Virus record (IMG/VR): IMGVR_UViG_3300020048_002392
Span: 1-64,000 of that record
From: a virus
DNA length: 64,000 bases
Strand: one strand, 5' to 3'
The position numbers were made by a program, and so were the translations under genes. Of the stretch, positions 17,232 through 27,959 are shown in pieces (the stretch's first letter is position 1; every line of letters begins with the position of its first letter). Under the pieces are notes generated by a model that saw nothing but the letters and a program-made list of their open reading frames with translations, was not told where the DNA came from and ran no database searches.

Positions 17232-18515
17232 ATGGATCAATACTTATTACCAGGTTACTATAAATTAATAGCTGCTTCCATAACACAGTATGGAAGTAGA
17301 ACTGCTATAGACATATCTGGTATTGTGCATAAGATAATAATAGAAGAGTCTATAGAAAACGATTCTATGAGAGGACATCTGAGTGTCATAGATGCAGTTG
17401 GTCTATTAGAAAAACTTCCTCTAAGAGGTGAAGAAAGACTATCCATTGAAATAGAAGATATATTAAAACAAAAGAAGATATATGATCTATACGTCTATAA
17501 AGTAGACAACGTTACAGCAAAGAATACAAATGACTCTTTATCATATGACATGCATTTTGTTTCATATATGAGATGGAATGCTGGAAGAAGTAAGATCATT
17601 GCACCATTTAGTAGAAGCATTAAAGACACAGCAGAACAGATATTCAAAAAATATTATACTCCAAATACAAAAGAATTTTTTGCAGACTCTACCGATGGAA
17701 ATTTTGAATGCGTAATTCCAAACTACACACCAATACAAGCAATGAAATTTTTAGCATCGAGAGCTTACAACAAAATATCACCGTCGTGTTCATTTCGTTT
17801 CTTTGAAAACTCTGAAGCATTCTATTTTGTGCCCGATGAGTTTCTAATTGCTGATGCCATTGCTAATGATAATATTAAAGAGTTTACATTCCTGCCTGCA
17901 GTTGATAAAACCGGCGTTGATCTAGAATCACAACTTAGAAACCTTATCGAATTAAAGAACACTGATAGAATTAATACGGTGAATGACTTATACAGTGGCG
18001 CATACAAGAGCAACCCAATTGTAATTGATTTCGTAAATAGAACTGTGACTGATAATAGATATACATACTTGGATAGTAAGAATGAATTTGCTAAGGGTAA
18101 CGTTAAGTCAAAGATAGTCGAAGATCTTCACACCGATAACTTTATGAACTATACATTTACTGATGAAAATGAGAGAAGATTTCTTATCTACAAAGATTAT
18201 CAATCGCTAGGTGATCTTCCAAGTTCTATTAAGAGTGAGCAGCATCTTCCTACGATCATCTCAAGAAAACTTGCGTATAGACATATGCTATATAGAAATA
18301 CAGTATATGCAAAAGCGTATGGTAGATTAGATTTAAAAGCTGGCGATATAATAAAATTAGTAGTTGCAGAGTTTTCGGCAAGTAACGATGGAGTCGAGAC
18401 AGAATCACAACTCTCTGGAAACTATATACTACATGACTGTACTCACATATTTGATAAAGAAACTTATGAGACCTCGATGATGTTGACGAAATATGACTGG
18501 AGTAAGAATGAATGA
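17232..18515 (+). CDS. baseplate hub / tail protein (gp27-like position)
   Basis: LPLRGEERL, FRFFEN, GRLDLKAGDII and LSGNYIL; lies between gp53 and gp5. Confidence 0.65.
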   Translation: MDQYLLPGYYKLIAASITQYGSRTAIDISGIVHKIIIEESIENDSMRGHLSVIDAVGLLEKLPLRGEERLSIEIEDILKQKKIYDLYVYKVDNVTAKNTNDSLSYDMHFVSYMRWNAGRSKIIAPFSRSIKDTAEQIFKKYYTPNTKEFFADSTDGNFECVIPNYTPIQAMKFLASRAYNKISPSCSFRFFENSEAFYFVPDEFLIADAIANDNIKEFTFLPAVDKTGVDLESQLRNLIELKNTDRINTVNDLYSGAYKSNPIVIDFVNRTVTDNRYTYLDSKNEFAKGNVKSKIVEDLHTDNFMNYTFTDENERRFLIYKDYQSLGDLPSSIKSEQHLPTIISRKLAYRHMLYRNTVYAKAYGRLDLKAGDIIKLVVAEFSASNDGVETESQLSGNYILHDCTHIFDKETYETSMMLTKYDWSKNE

Positions 18516-20506
18516 TTGAGGAAACTGGCGTAGGAATTAAAAACCCTCTTTGGTTCGTTGGTGTTGTTGAGAATAGAAACGACCCACGCAAGGAAGGGCG
18601 CGTTCAAGTGCGTGCGTTTGGCGTACACGGTACCAATGTACAAGTACCAACCGATAGTCTTCCTTGGGCAATATGTATAGCTGGAAACTACGATCCAAAC
18701 TATCCAATCCCTCCACTTAACGCATGGGTATTTGGTTTCTTCATCGATGGAAGGGACGCGCAACAGCCAATGATACTTGGGCTGATACCTACACAGATGA
18801 CTGGTGTCATTGACCCTGAAACAAATGGATGGGGAACTATACCTTCGAGTAATGTAAATGTAGATTCTCAAGGATCACGAGGAGTAGATTACGGACAACC
18901 ACAGAACTCTAGAAAAGCAAGAGGCGAAGATATTCAAAACACAAATGTCCTTCTGCAAGAAATAAATCGTCTTAGTGCAGACTTTTCAGCCGCCTTGGAT
19001 GGTTTATCAGTAGAGGAACCCGCGCCTGCGTACGACACTCAGTACCCTTATAACCGCGTAATAGAGACAGCAGCTGGACATAGTATCGAACTCGATGATA
19101 CACCCGGTGGAGAAAGAATCACAGTCTTTCATAACACAGGATCATTCATTGAGATTGACAACACTGGTGTTATGAATATAAAATCCGTTGGAGACCTTTA
19201 CCTAGGATCTATGAAGAATATCGTTGTCATCGCCGAAGGCAGACAGATGATAAAGGTAAAGGGCGATGCAATACTTAGTGTTGATGGCAATATGGTGCAA
19301 GAAGTAAGCGGCGATCTGCAGCAGATAGTTAGAGGTAACTATGAACTGTCAGTTGGCGGGCAACTTAATTTAAATGCTAGTGAAGAGATACAAGCAAGAG
19401 CTGCTAAGGTTAGAATTGAAGCAAATGTTGAAGGAATAAATCTAAAGTCCGGTAAAAATATTAGTATGCAATCAGGTCAAGCTTTTAATATAAAATCTGG
19501 TACTGGTATAAATCAACAAGCAGTTGGCGATATAAACATAAAATCAGAAGGTGTCTATATAGAAGGCTCAGGAGCTTTCAATGTAAAGGCGGCTACTATG
19601 TTTTTAACGGCAGAAGGTGCTGGCGACTTTAAAGCAGGCCACGCAAAAATTGGCGGTGGAACTAAAGTTAGCATTAATGCAAGTATAGTAGCAATGGATG
19701 ATATTATCCAACTCGCTAACGGCGATTCCGTCGCGCCTACTGCAGCTGAAGCTGCAATCGATACACCGCCTGCTGAAGGTACCGATCTGCCAGAGCCAGC
19801 TGGAAAAGGCGCAGGAAACGGTGGACCAGGCGACTTTGCTGGTGGTAGTTATCGTAACCCATCGTCAGGTGGTGGCGGCGGGTATGCTTCATTCGATGAA
19901 GGCTTTGCAGAGGCTGGGCTCGGTGCAAGTCCAGGATCCAGCACAGGATCTGCGAATGAAGCATTGAGCTCAAGTTACACGCAGGGCGCGCTTACTCCAT
20001 TGCTAGATCTTATCGGCAGAGCCGAAGGCGCAGGATACGATACAATAGTAGGATACGTAAGAAGAGAAGATTATCCATCCAGACCTATAACGGCCCTAAC
20101 AGTAGACGAACTACTCGCATGGCAGGATAGCATTGACCCAAAGTATGATTCCGAAGCGTCTGGAAGATATCAAGTAATGGAAGATACGCTACGAGGATTG
20201 AAAGCAAGCGGCGTAGTTAGTGGAAGCGAACTCTTTAATCCAAGTACACAAGACAAGATTGCTCTTGGATTGCTAAAGATACGTGGTCTAAACCGCTTCC
20301 TAGACGGTAGTATTAGTGCGGAGCAGTTTGGAGACAACCTTTCATACGAATGGGCAAGTCTTCCAATTATGACTGGACCAAGAGCAGGACAAGGTAGATA
20401 TTCTGGGCAGGGTGGAAAGATTGCGACCAGCGAGGTACTCAACGCGCTAAAGCAAGTAAAAGATTTTAAACAAAATACGCAATCATCCTCAATTGGCCCA
20501 CAGTAA
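18512..20506 (+). CDS. 5: baseplate hub/spike gp5 with C-terminal lysozyme-like domain
   Basis: N-terminal WFVGVVENRNDP..GRVQVR OB-fold, YPYNRV..GHSIELDDTPGGER, and beta-helix repeats. The C-terminus has ASGRYQ...QDKIALGLL...EWASLP, a lambda-type lysozyme pattern. Confidence 0.88.
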   Translation: MIEETGVGIKNPLWFVGVVENRNDPRKEGRVQVRAFGVHGTNVQVPTDSLPWAICIAGNYDPNYPIPPLNAWVFGFFIDGRDAQQPMILGLIPTQMTGVIDPETNGWGTIPSSNVNVDSQGSRGVDYGQPQNSRKARGEDIQNTNVLLQEINRLSADFSAALDGLSVEEPAPAYDTQYPYNRVIETAAGHSIELDDTPGGERITVFHNTGSFIEIDNTGVMNIKSVGDLYLGSMKNIVVIAEGRQMIKVKGDAILSVDGNMVQEVSGDLQQIVRGNYELSVGGQLNLNASEEIQARAAKVRIEANVEGINLKSGKNISMQSGQAFNIKSGTGINQQAVGDINIKSEGVYIEGSGAFNVKAATMFLTAEGAGDFKAGHAKIGGGTKVSINASIVAMDDIIQLANGDSVAPTAAEAAIDTPPAEGTDLPEPAGKGAGNGGPGDFAGGSYRNPSSGGGGGYASFDEGFAEAGLGASPGSSTGSANEALSSSYTQGALTPLLDLIGRAEGAGYDTIVGYVRREDYPSRPITALTVDELLAWQDSIDPKYDSEASGRYQVMEDTLRGLKASGVVSGSELFNPSTQDKIALGLLKIRGLNRFLDGSISAEQFGDNLSYEWASLPIMTGPRAGQGRYSGQGGKIATSEVLNALKQVKDFKQNTQSSSIGPQ

Positions 20507-20517
20507 GAGAGAATAAT

Positions 20518-22071
20518 ATGTCGGAATGTAATGATACATTAGAATATAAAAACAGTTTAAATCTAACCGGTACTGATGGGTTTTTATATTCGCCAACTAT
20601 TCAATTTTATCAATTGGATAAGATACAATCAGACTTTATAAAAACAATAGTTGTTTTGCCAGATACTAACATCAATTCTTTTATCGATAGTTATGGGCAG
20701 GATAAATTTAACGAGTCTATACTATCGTTTAATAACTTTCTCTATAGCGCTAACTTGAATGTTAATTTGAATCTAAGAGTTAACTATCCTTTAGTTCAAG
20801 AAAGACTAGATAAAGGTGTGGCAATAACACCAATTGAATTTTCATCGTTCATGAGTGAGGCTGGATATAATCCTATTTCTATTCAAACACAGCAAGTTTC
20901 AAGTCCAAAGAAAGTTCTTTCTCTATTTAATACTTACGTGAATGGCGCGTTTTCTAAAAGTTCTATGGGATCCTTTTGTGAACTAGCTCCTTCTATATTC
21001 GGCGCAGTAGCAAACTTCTTTACATCTGTTAGAAACTTAGCAAACACGATAACCGATATTATTAATTCTATTCAAAACTTTAGCCTAGCTTCTCTATTAG
21101 ATAGCTTAAAGAAAAAAATACTTGATGTTGTTAATAGTGCAATCAATAAAGTAAAAAGTATTATAGAAAACCTTTCTCTTCAGGGAGTTATGGATCAGGC
21201 ACAAGAAATTTTTCAGACTCGAGTATTATATCAATTTAAACAAATAAAGGATCAAGCTTTAGCATTCTTTGAAAAAGGTAATGTTGAAAGTTTTACAAAG
21301 AGAATAGAAGGATTGATTTCCTACGCTACTGGACTATTTAAAAATATAGACATAGAAGAAATACAGTTTTTAATATATCGTTTCTGTTCATTTATCAACC
21401 AAGTTGAAAACATTATAAACGGTGTAAGAAATCCTATTGACGCGTTTTCAAACAGATACATATCAACTTATAACTTATTAAAAGCAAGATCTGATTTAAA
21501 TACTGCATCTGCTGTTGCCGCTGGTGCAAAAAGATTTAATAATGATGAAGTGTATGCTGGCGCAATTGGCGGAATTGGCGCAGAGACTGCGGTAGGTAAC
21601 GCAGAACCACCATCGCAGGCTGAGATCGACGGAGTAACATCTTGGAACGATGGAAATGGTGACGGTAGAATTACTTTCGTTGGAGGAGCAAGAGATCGTG
21701 GTCATGAGAGTTGGACTCGAGTGACTCCAAATACTAGAGTGTTAGCAATGCGTTTACAAGCTAAGTTTGGTAGACAACTCAAGATAACTAGCGCTTACAG
21801 ATCTACTGAAACGCAGAGGCAAATTATTCAAAAGGCAGTAAACTCTGGCGAGTACCCTTCGGTTGAAGCAGCTATAGCAAGCGGTAGTTATGCAAGACCA
21901 GGCAATTCATTACACGAAAAAGGTACTGCGCTTGACATACAATGGGACGGGTTTAACGCGTCGTCAAAAGCAGAATTTATAAGAATAGCAAGAGAAGTCG
22001 GGTTCGGTGGAATTGGAACCAGATACAACACTTTCGTTCACGTAGATACAGGTCCTAAGAGGGAATGGTAA
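20518..22071 (+). CDS. baseplate-associated protein with C-terminal peptidase M15 domain
   Basis: ITSAYRS, SLHEKGTALDI and FVHVD are Zn-peptidase M15 motifs. Confidence 0.8.
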   Translation: MSECNDTLEYKNSLNLTGTDGFLYSPTIQFYQLDKIQSDFIKTIVVLPDTNINSFIDSYGQDKFNESILSFNNFLYSANLNVNLNLRVNYPLVQERLDKGVAITPIEFSSFMSEAGYNPISIQTQQVSSPKKVLSLFNTYVNGAFSKSSMGSFCELAPSIFGAVANFFTSVRNLANTITDIINSIQNFSLASLLDSLKKKILDVVNSAINKVKSIIENLSLQGVMDQAQEIFQTRVLYQFKQIKDQALAFFEKGNVESFTKRIEGLISYATGLFKNIDIEEIQFLIYRFCSFINQVENIINGVRNPIDAFSNRYISTYNLLKARSDLNTASAVAAGAKRFNNDEVYAGAIGGIGAETAVGNAEPPSQAEIDGVTSWNDGNGDGRITFVGGARDRGHESWTRVTPNTRVLAMRLQAKFGRQLKITSAYRSTETQRQIIQKAVNSGEYPSVEAAIASGSYARPGNSLHEKGTALDIQWDGFNASSKAEFIRIAREVGFGGIGTRYNTFVHVDTGPKREW

Positions 22072-22076
22072 AATAA

Positions 22077-22490
22077 ATGGCTACTATAACACCAAGAACT
22101 AGAAAGTTAGGTCCGCTGTATGCAGACTTTCATAAAGATTTAACCGTAAATCCTTTTTCAAATGATATTGCGTTAAAGACGGACGAAGAGGCTGTGAAGG
22201 AAGCACTTAAGAACCTTATTCTAATGGATAAGGGAGAAAAGTTATTTCAGCCATACTTTGGTGGAAACATTCGCGCAATGCTATTTGAATTAAATAGCCC
22301 AGCTACAATAAAAATAATTCAAGAGCAAATCAAAACAACCATAAATAACTATGAACCTAGGGCAGAACTAATTAGTGTAGAAGTTTATAGTCTTATTGAT
22401 GATAATAAGATATCCGTGAAGATACTATATGCTCTTAGAAGTAGAGAAGATCCTATTGAGGTAGAATTCATTTTGGAAAGAGTAAGATAA
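22077..22490 (+). CDS. 25: baseplate wedge gp25
   Basis: AVKEALKNLI, GEKLFQPYFG, LFE and NYEPR. Confidence 0.92.
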   Translation: MATITPRTRKLGPLYADFHKDLTVNPFSNDIALKTDEEAVKEALKNLILMDKGEKLFQPYFGGNIRAMLFELNSPATIKIIQEQIKTTINNYEPRAELISVEVYSLIDDNKISVKILYALRSREDPIEVEFILERVR

Positions 22491-24278
22491 ATGGCAAAGA
22501 CACCAATAACCGAACTTGATTTTTTTGCTATTAAAGAACAGTTTAAAGATTACTTGAGAACACAGACAACGTTCAAAGATTATAACTTTGAAGGATCGAA
22601 CATGTCGATCCTCCTAGATGTATTATCATACAACACGTTTCAGAATAACTTCTATACGAATATGGCAATTTCAGAAATGTTTCTTGACACTGCACAATTA
22701 AGAAACTCTGTGATATCCCACGCAAAAGAACTTAACTATCTTCCAAAGTCTTCTACATCAGCGAAGGCAATCGTAAGAGTTACTATCGTAGATACAAATG
22801 GGCCATCTACCATAACTATACCTAAGGGTACTCGATTTACTACAAGCGCAAACGGGTCTGCATTTAATTTTGTAACTGCAATAAACTATCTTGCTAAAAA
22901 AGTTTCAATCTCTGGTTCTACAGCAACATACGTGGCCGACTCAGTAGAAATATTCGAAGGACAAATCTTTACTAACTTTGAAAAGGAAGGATACTTTGTT
23001 GAAGACTCAGCGTTCAAATGTGTTCTCTCAAATGAAAACGTTGATATAACATCCGTCGAAGTTTCTACTGATATAGATAGTGAACCTGTGCCATTCATAT
23101 TTAAAACAGATATATACGGGGTTTTGGCAACTGAAAGGGTGTTCTACATAGAACCACACTTTGATGATAAGTACGCTGTTGTGTTTGGCAGAAATAAATT
23201 CGGGTTCCAACCAACTCCAGATGATACAGTTCAAATAGAATATAGAGTATGTAATGAAGACGAACCGAACGGCGCTTCCAAATTTGCGACGACGTTCAAA
23301 CCAAACACGAGAGTTGAAACGATACAAGCAGCTATCGGCGGCGCTAAGAAAGAAACTCTTGAGAGCATTCGCTTCTTTGCGCCACGTTCTATTCAAATTC
23401 AAGAAAGAGCAATAACTGCAAAGGATTACGAAGTTCTATTGAAGCAGCGTTTCAATGAGATAGATGCTGTCTCTGTGTACGGCGGAGAAGATCTTGAACC
23501 ACCTCAGTTTGGTAAGGTAGCAGTATCAGTCGTTCTAACTGGAAGCGAAGCTATATCTGATAGTAAAAAGAACGAGTTCAAAAGATACCTATCAGATAAG
23601 ACTCCTCTAACTATCGAACCTATTTTCGTAGATCCGGAATTTATGTATATAGATGCTATAGTAAACGTGTTTTATTCTTATAAGCAGACAACAAAAAGTG
23701 AAGCAGAATTAGAAGCATTAATTAGAACTGTAGTATCTGATTACAATGAAAACAATTTAAATACATTTGGTGCAACTCTTAGATCTTCTAAATTATCTTC
23801 TGCAATAGACGGTGTTGATACTGCTATCCTGAGCAGCAGCGCAGAACTAAGAGCAATTATAGAGTACTCACCACCTTTAAATGTACCACAGAACCCAACG
23901 TTTAAGTTTGGATCTCCTTTAATTAAACCATACCCATACGTAAATTCTTCTGGGTTTACAGACTATAAGCCATCCGTGAAGAGTTCTGTTTTTTCATATA
24001 ATGGCGTCTGCGCTATTTTACAGGATAACGGATCTGGAATAATGCAGATTATAAGCAGCGATGTTATAAACACAAGAATTCTAAATACGAGCGCAGGTAC
24101 CGTTGATTATAACACTGGCACCGTTAGACTAGTTAATTTTACAACGGATGGCTACTCTGGGCCTGCTATAAAGATATATGCAAAGAAAAAAGAAAGCGAT
24201 ATTATCGCGCCTAAGAACAGACTATTACAGATACGTGATAGTGACATAACAATTATATTCAATGAGGTATCTTCATAA
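22491..24278 (+). CDS. 6: baseplate wedge gp6
   Basis: ELDFFAIK, DYNFEGS..S.LLDVL.YN, EMFLDTAQLRNSV and QERAITAKDYE. Confidence 0.93.
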   Translation: MAKTPITELDFFAIKEQFKDYLRTQTTFKDYNFEGSNMSILLDVLSYNTFQNNFYTNMAISEMFLDTAQLRNSVISHAKELNYLPKSSTSAKAIVRVTIVDTNGPSTITIPKGTRFTTSANGSAFNFVTAINYLAKKVSISGSTATYVADSVEIFEGQIFTNFEKEGYFVEDSAFKCVLSNENVDITSVEVSTDIDSEPVPFIFKTDIYGVLATERVFYIEPHFDDKYAVVFGRNKFGFQPTPDDTVQIEYRVCNEDEPNGASKFATTFKPNTRVETIQAAIGGAKKETLESIRFFAPRSIQIQERAITAKDYEVLLKQRFNEIDAVSVYGGEDLEPPQFGKVAVSVVLTGSEAISDSKKNEFKRYLSDKTPLTIEPIFVDPEFMYIDAIVNVFYSYKQTTKSEAELEALIRTVVSDYNENNLNTFGATLRSSKLSSAIDGVDTAILSSSAELRAIIEYSPPLNVPQNPTFKFGSPLIKPYPYVNSSGFTDYKPSVKSSVFSYNGVCAILQDNGSGIMQIISSDVINTRILNTSAGTVDYNTGTVRLVNFTTDGYSGPAIKIYAKKKESDIIAPKNRLLQIRDSDITIIFNEVSS

Positions 24279-26380
24279 TGGAGATAGAAAAGTTTATATC
24301 TTATCAGATAGAAAGACAGTTTCCTAGTATCTTTAGAGAAGATGGCAGGGAACTCGTAGAACTGGTGAAATACTATTATAAGTTCTTAGAGGAAAATCCT
24401 AAACAGAGTTTATATAATAATAGACGAATATTTGAATATAAAGATATCGATGATACATTAGGAACTATGGTTCTATACTTTAAGAATAAGTATATGAAGG
24501 ATCTACCTCTTAACGATGATAACACTCGATTCATAGTTAAGAATATTCTCGATCTATATCGAAGAAAAGGAACTCCAGAAGGGGTTGAGTTATTCTTTCG
24601 TATGTTTTACGATGAAACCATTAGTGTGTATTACCCAGCCGAAGCAATTTTAAAACCGTCTTCTTCTACTTGGGTAGAAGGCGCATTTCTACAAATGTAC
24701 CCTTCAGACCCAGCAGTGTTAAAGGACTTGACTGGGAGAACTGTGTTTGGTTCAGCCACAAAAGCCGAAGCGGTTGTTGATAGAATAATATTCGTTCTTA
24801 TAAACAATACACTAATACCTATACTATACTTAAGTAGTGTAAGAGGTACTTTCGTAGGATTCGATGATATTTACAGTACTGTAAATAATGAATTAGTAAA
24901 CTTTGGAAAAGTATACGGATCGCTGTCGAGCATAGATGTTATTGTAAACGATGCAAGAGCAACAACTGGAAACCAAATAGGCGATATTCTTAATGTGGTA
25001 TATAGCGGCGCCAGAGGCGGAAAGGCCATCGTTACAAATGTCTCGCAGAATATTACAGGCGAAATAGTTTATACTATTGACGAACCTGGATTCGGGTATA
25101 CAAAAGACAATACACACTTCTATGTATCAAACCAAATATTATTCTCTGATAATCTTATCAACGAATTGACACCTTTAGAATTTTTAGAAGATCAATACGG
25201 TAATAGAGGTATGGTAGTTGGCGGCAATGAGTTTATAGTTGGAGTACGTATGGATCCTGGTGAAGAGTTCTCAGCAAACTCTATAATAACCACATCGAGA
25301 TCAAGTAATAACAATATAGTGATAGTAAACTCATTAGAAGATCCATTTACTAGTTCTTATCCAGTTCGATATTTTACAGACGTAGTTATAAAGAATGATA
25401 CTTCGCCAGGTCCTCTATTTCCAGAAACTGCAAACAATGAGATCCTATCAGTAAAACTTAACGAACTTGCTAATGTAGAAACAGTATCACTTATAACTGA
25501 TATTATTGGAAATTATTTAAACGTTCCTTTAGACGCAGTTGATTACAATGACTCGCCTGCATTAATTCCTATGTCAGGTGCAACAGATCCTGTAACAGCT
25601 AACACTGCATTAGACGATGCTTTTAACTTAACACCGTTTGAGATAGGATCTTTAAAGACGTTCATAAATGTAAAGCCAGGTGTAAATTATATAAACAAAG
25701 TATTCGCTCTTGCATACGATCCTGTGATGGCAAACTTTGATGTTTATAATCAAAGTATAACTTTAGAAAGTATATCTACTACATTCGAAATTGGCAGGAC
25801 TATAACTCAAGGCTCAGTTTCTGGGAAGATAGTAGGTATATCCGGAAATACGATTAAAGTTCTACCATATGCTTATTACGGATTTAAAAAATTACCGATA
25901 ACTTATAATGGATTAACATTTAATGTTGTTTCTATATCTCGAGACTATACTTCAAATAGAATAGGCTTTAATAGTGTTATAAGTACAGTAACTGAGTTCG
26001 CAGTAGGAAGAATTTTGAACGTTAGGGTTTTAAACTCTGGATATGGTTATCCAGATCAAGAAGAAGTTCTATTAACAAACGACGCCAACCAAATAATTAC
26101 TGTAGGCAATGCAAACTCTAGAGGGCAAGGCGTCATAGAAGGTAGATGGTCTTCAAAAGAATCTCATCTAAACTTCCAAGACGGTAAAGTTTTACAGGAT
26201 AGCGACTTCTATCAAGAATATTCATATTTGATATCATCAAAAATTGATATAAATAGTTATAAAAATACACTAACCGATATAGCGCATTTGGCAGGAACAA
26301 AAATGTTTGGCGAATTCTCTCTAAAGGACAACGTTGACGTTAGCGCAAACATACGTAGCACAATCATAAGAGATTCTTGA
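24278..26380 (+). CDS. 7: baseplate wedge gp7-like
   Basis: LYRRKGTPEGVELFFRMFY and C-terminal LQDSDFYQEYSY...HLAGTKMFG; lies between gp6 and gp8. Confidence 0.75.
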   Translation: MEIEKFISYQIERQFPSIFREDGRELVELVKYYYKFLEENPKQSLYNNRRIFEYKDIDDTLGTMVLYFKNKYMKDLPLNDDNTRFIVKNILDLYRRKGTPEGVELFFRMFYDETISVYYPAEAILKPSSSTWVEGAFLQMYPSDPAVLKDLTGRTVFGSATKAEAVVDRIIFVLINNTLIPILYLSSVRGTFVGFDDIYSTVNNELVNFGKVYGSLSSIDVIVNDARATTGNQIGDILNVVYSGARGGKAIVTNVSQNITGEIVYTIDEPGFGYTKDNTHFYVSNQILFSDNLINELTPLEFLEDQYGNRGMVVGGNEFIVGVRMDPGEEFSANSIITTSRSSNNNIVIVNSLEDPFTSSYPVRYFTDVVIKNDTSPGPLFPETANNEILSVKLNELANVETVSLITDIIGNYLNVPLDAVDYNDSPALIPMSGATDPVTANTALDDAFNLTPFEIGSLKTFINVKPGVNYINKVFALAYDPVMANFDVYNQSITLESISTTFEIGRTITQGSVSGKIVGISGNTIKVLPYAYYGFKKLPITYNGLTFNVVSISRDYTSNRIGFNSVISTVTEFAVGRILNVRVLNSGYGYPDQEEVLLTNDANQIITVGNANSRGQGVIEGRWSSKESHLNFQDGKVLQDSDFYQEYSYLISSKIDINSYKNTLTDIAHLAGTKMFGEFSLKDNVDVSANIRSTIIRDS

Positions 26381-26387
26381 GGGTCGA

Positions 26388-27950
26388 ATGAGTACAATAA
26401 CTAGCGGTTACAGAACATCAAACGCAAATTTTTTATCTCAGGATATTACTAATTCTGATTATTATATCTTTGTGTCAACTACAGTATTTACGAGTACAGT
26501 CAATTCTGATTTTTCTTCAAATGACTTTTTAGAAAAAACTCTATTTGGAAAAAAGATTAATCCAAGCGATACTTTTTTTATGATAGAAAATAGAAGATGG
26601 TTGTCTGGAACTGTGTATGATCAGTATGACGATATGGATGATATGACAAGTAAAGCTTTCTATATCGTGGTATATCCGAGTGATAATAGCACTGGAGATT
26701 ATAGAGTATTCAAATGTCTCTTTAATAATTACGGCGCACAATCTGTAAATGCTCCAAATTACGACCCGTACGCAGATGACCAGATATATCGTTTAGGAGA
26801 CGGGTATGTTTGGAAACATATGTACGCAATAACAACAGATCAGTTTAAAAAATATAGCGCATTAAATTATGCGCCAATAATTGGAAACGCATCAGCAAAT
26901 ACTGTAATTAACAAATCTATAGATCATATCGAAATCTCAAACCCAGATACAAACAAGGGTTATGAATTAAAATCAGGACTCATTTATGAAGTTTTAACAA
27001 ATGAAGTAGTAATAACAGATCCTAAGAATAGTCTTTCTGAACTTACAGATTATTACTCTGGCCAAATTTTATATGTGACAGATCCAAATAACGAGTCAAG
27101 ACTGTACACAATAGATAACTACTCTTATAATATATTAAACCTAAAAGGTACTTTAACGCTCCTAGATAAAGATTCCTTTATTCAACCTAACTTTTCCTTT
27201 AAAATATTCCCCAGGATTGAAATAACTGGTGATGGAACTGGTGCAATCGCAGTTCCATCTATAAATCAGTTTGGTGTTATTGAAAAAGTAACAATGCATA
27301 ATAAAGGCAGCGGGTACACCAATGCAGCTGCAAGAGTTGTAAATCCAGTGTCCGGGTTCGATCCTGTTAATACTAGCACAGTTGATGTAGAAGCTATATT
27401 AAGACCGATATTATCTCCAGAGGGTGGCCATGCAACCAACTTTAAATATGAGTTAGGAAGTAAGCAAGTTTTAGTATATCTTACTCTTACAGATACAGAT
27501 AATCTTTCTATACCATCTTCAAATAAGTATGGAAAGGTTGGCATTGTTAAGAACCCTACATTTATTACAAACACAGCCCCTGAAATATTTGACAATAGAT
27601 TAGAATTGCAATTGAATTCTTCTTTGTTAACAACAGATGAAATAGTTACACAGTCGCTCGGTGCTACTGTCACTTTTAGAGGACAGGTACACGAGGCTTC
27701 TGGTAACACTGCATACATATGTAACTATCATGGGCCGTATGAAAACTATGATAACGATGGTTATTTTGACTTGCCGTTAGACCCAACCAAATTAATAGTA
27801 TCTTCTCAGAACCAGTTCATAAGTATAAATAATGTTGTAAGACCGCCGTATGTTCAAAAAACAGGTGATGTATATTATATGACTTCGTTTGCAACAATTA
27901 CTAGAACACCTACTTCAAATGAAGAATACAAGATTGTATTAGAGTTTTAA
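26388..27950 (+). CDS. 8: baseplate wedge gp8
   Basis: WLSGTVYDQYD, YRVFKCLFNN, GDGYVWKHMY and SPEGGH. Confidence 0.85.
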   Translation: MSTITSGYRTSNANFLSQDITNSDYYIFVSTTVFTSTVNSDFSSNDFLEKTLFGKKINPSDTFFMIENRRWLSGTVYDQYDDMDDMTSKAFYIVVYPSDNSTGDYRVFKCLFNNYGAQSVNAPNYDPYADDQIYRLGDGYVWKHMYAITTDQFKKYSALNYAPIIGNASANTVINKSIDHIEISNPDTNKGYELKSGLIYEVLTNEVVITDPKNSLSELTDYYSGQILYVTDPNNESRLYTIDNYSYNILNLKGTLTLLDKDSFIQPNFSFKIFPRIEITGDGTGAIAVPSINQFGVIEKVTMHNKGSGYTNAAARVVNPVSGFDPVNTSTVDVEAILRPILSPEGGHATNFKYELGSKQVLVYLTLTDTDNLSIPSSNKYGKVGIVKNPTFITNTAPEIFDNRLELQLNSSLLTTDEIVTQSLGATVTFRGQVHEASGNTAYICNYHGPYENYDNDGYFDLPLDPTKLIVSSQNQFISINNVVRPPYVQKTGDVYYMTSFATITRTPTSNEEYKIVLEF

Positions 27951-27959
27951 GGATAATAA

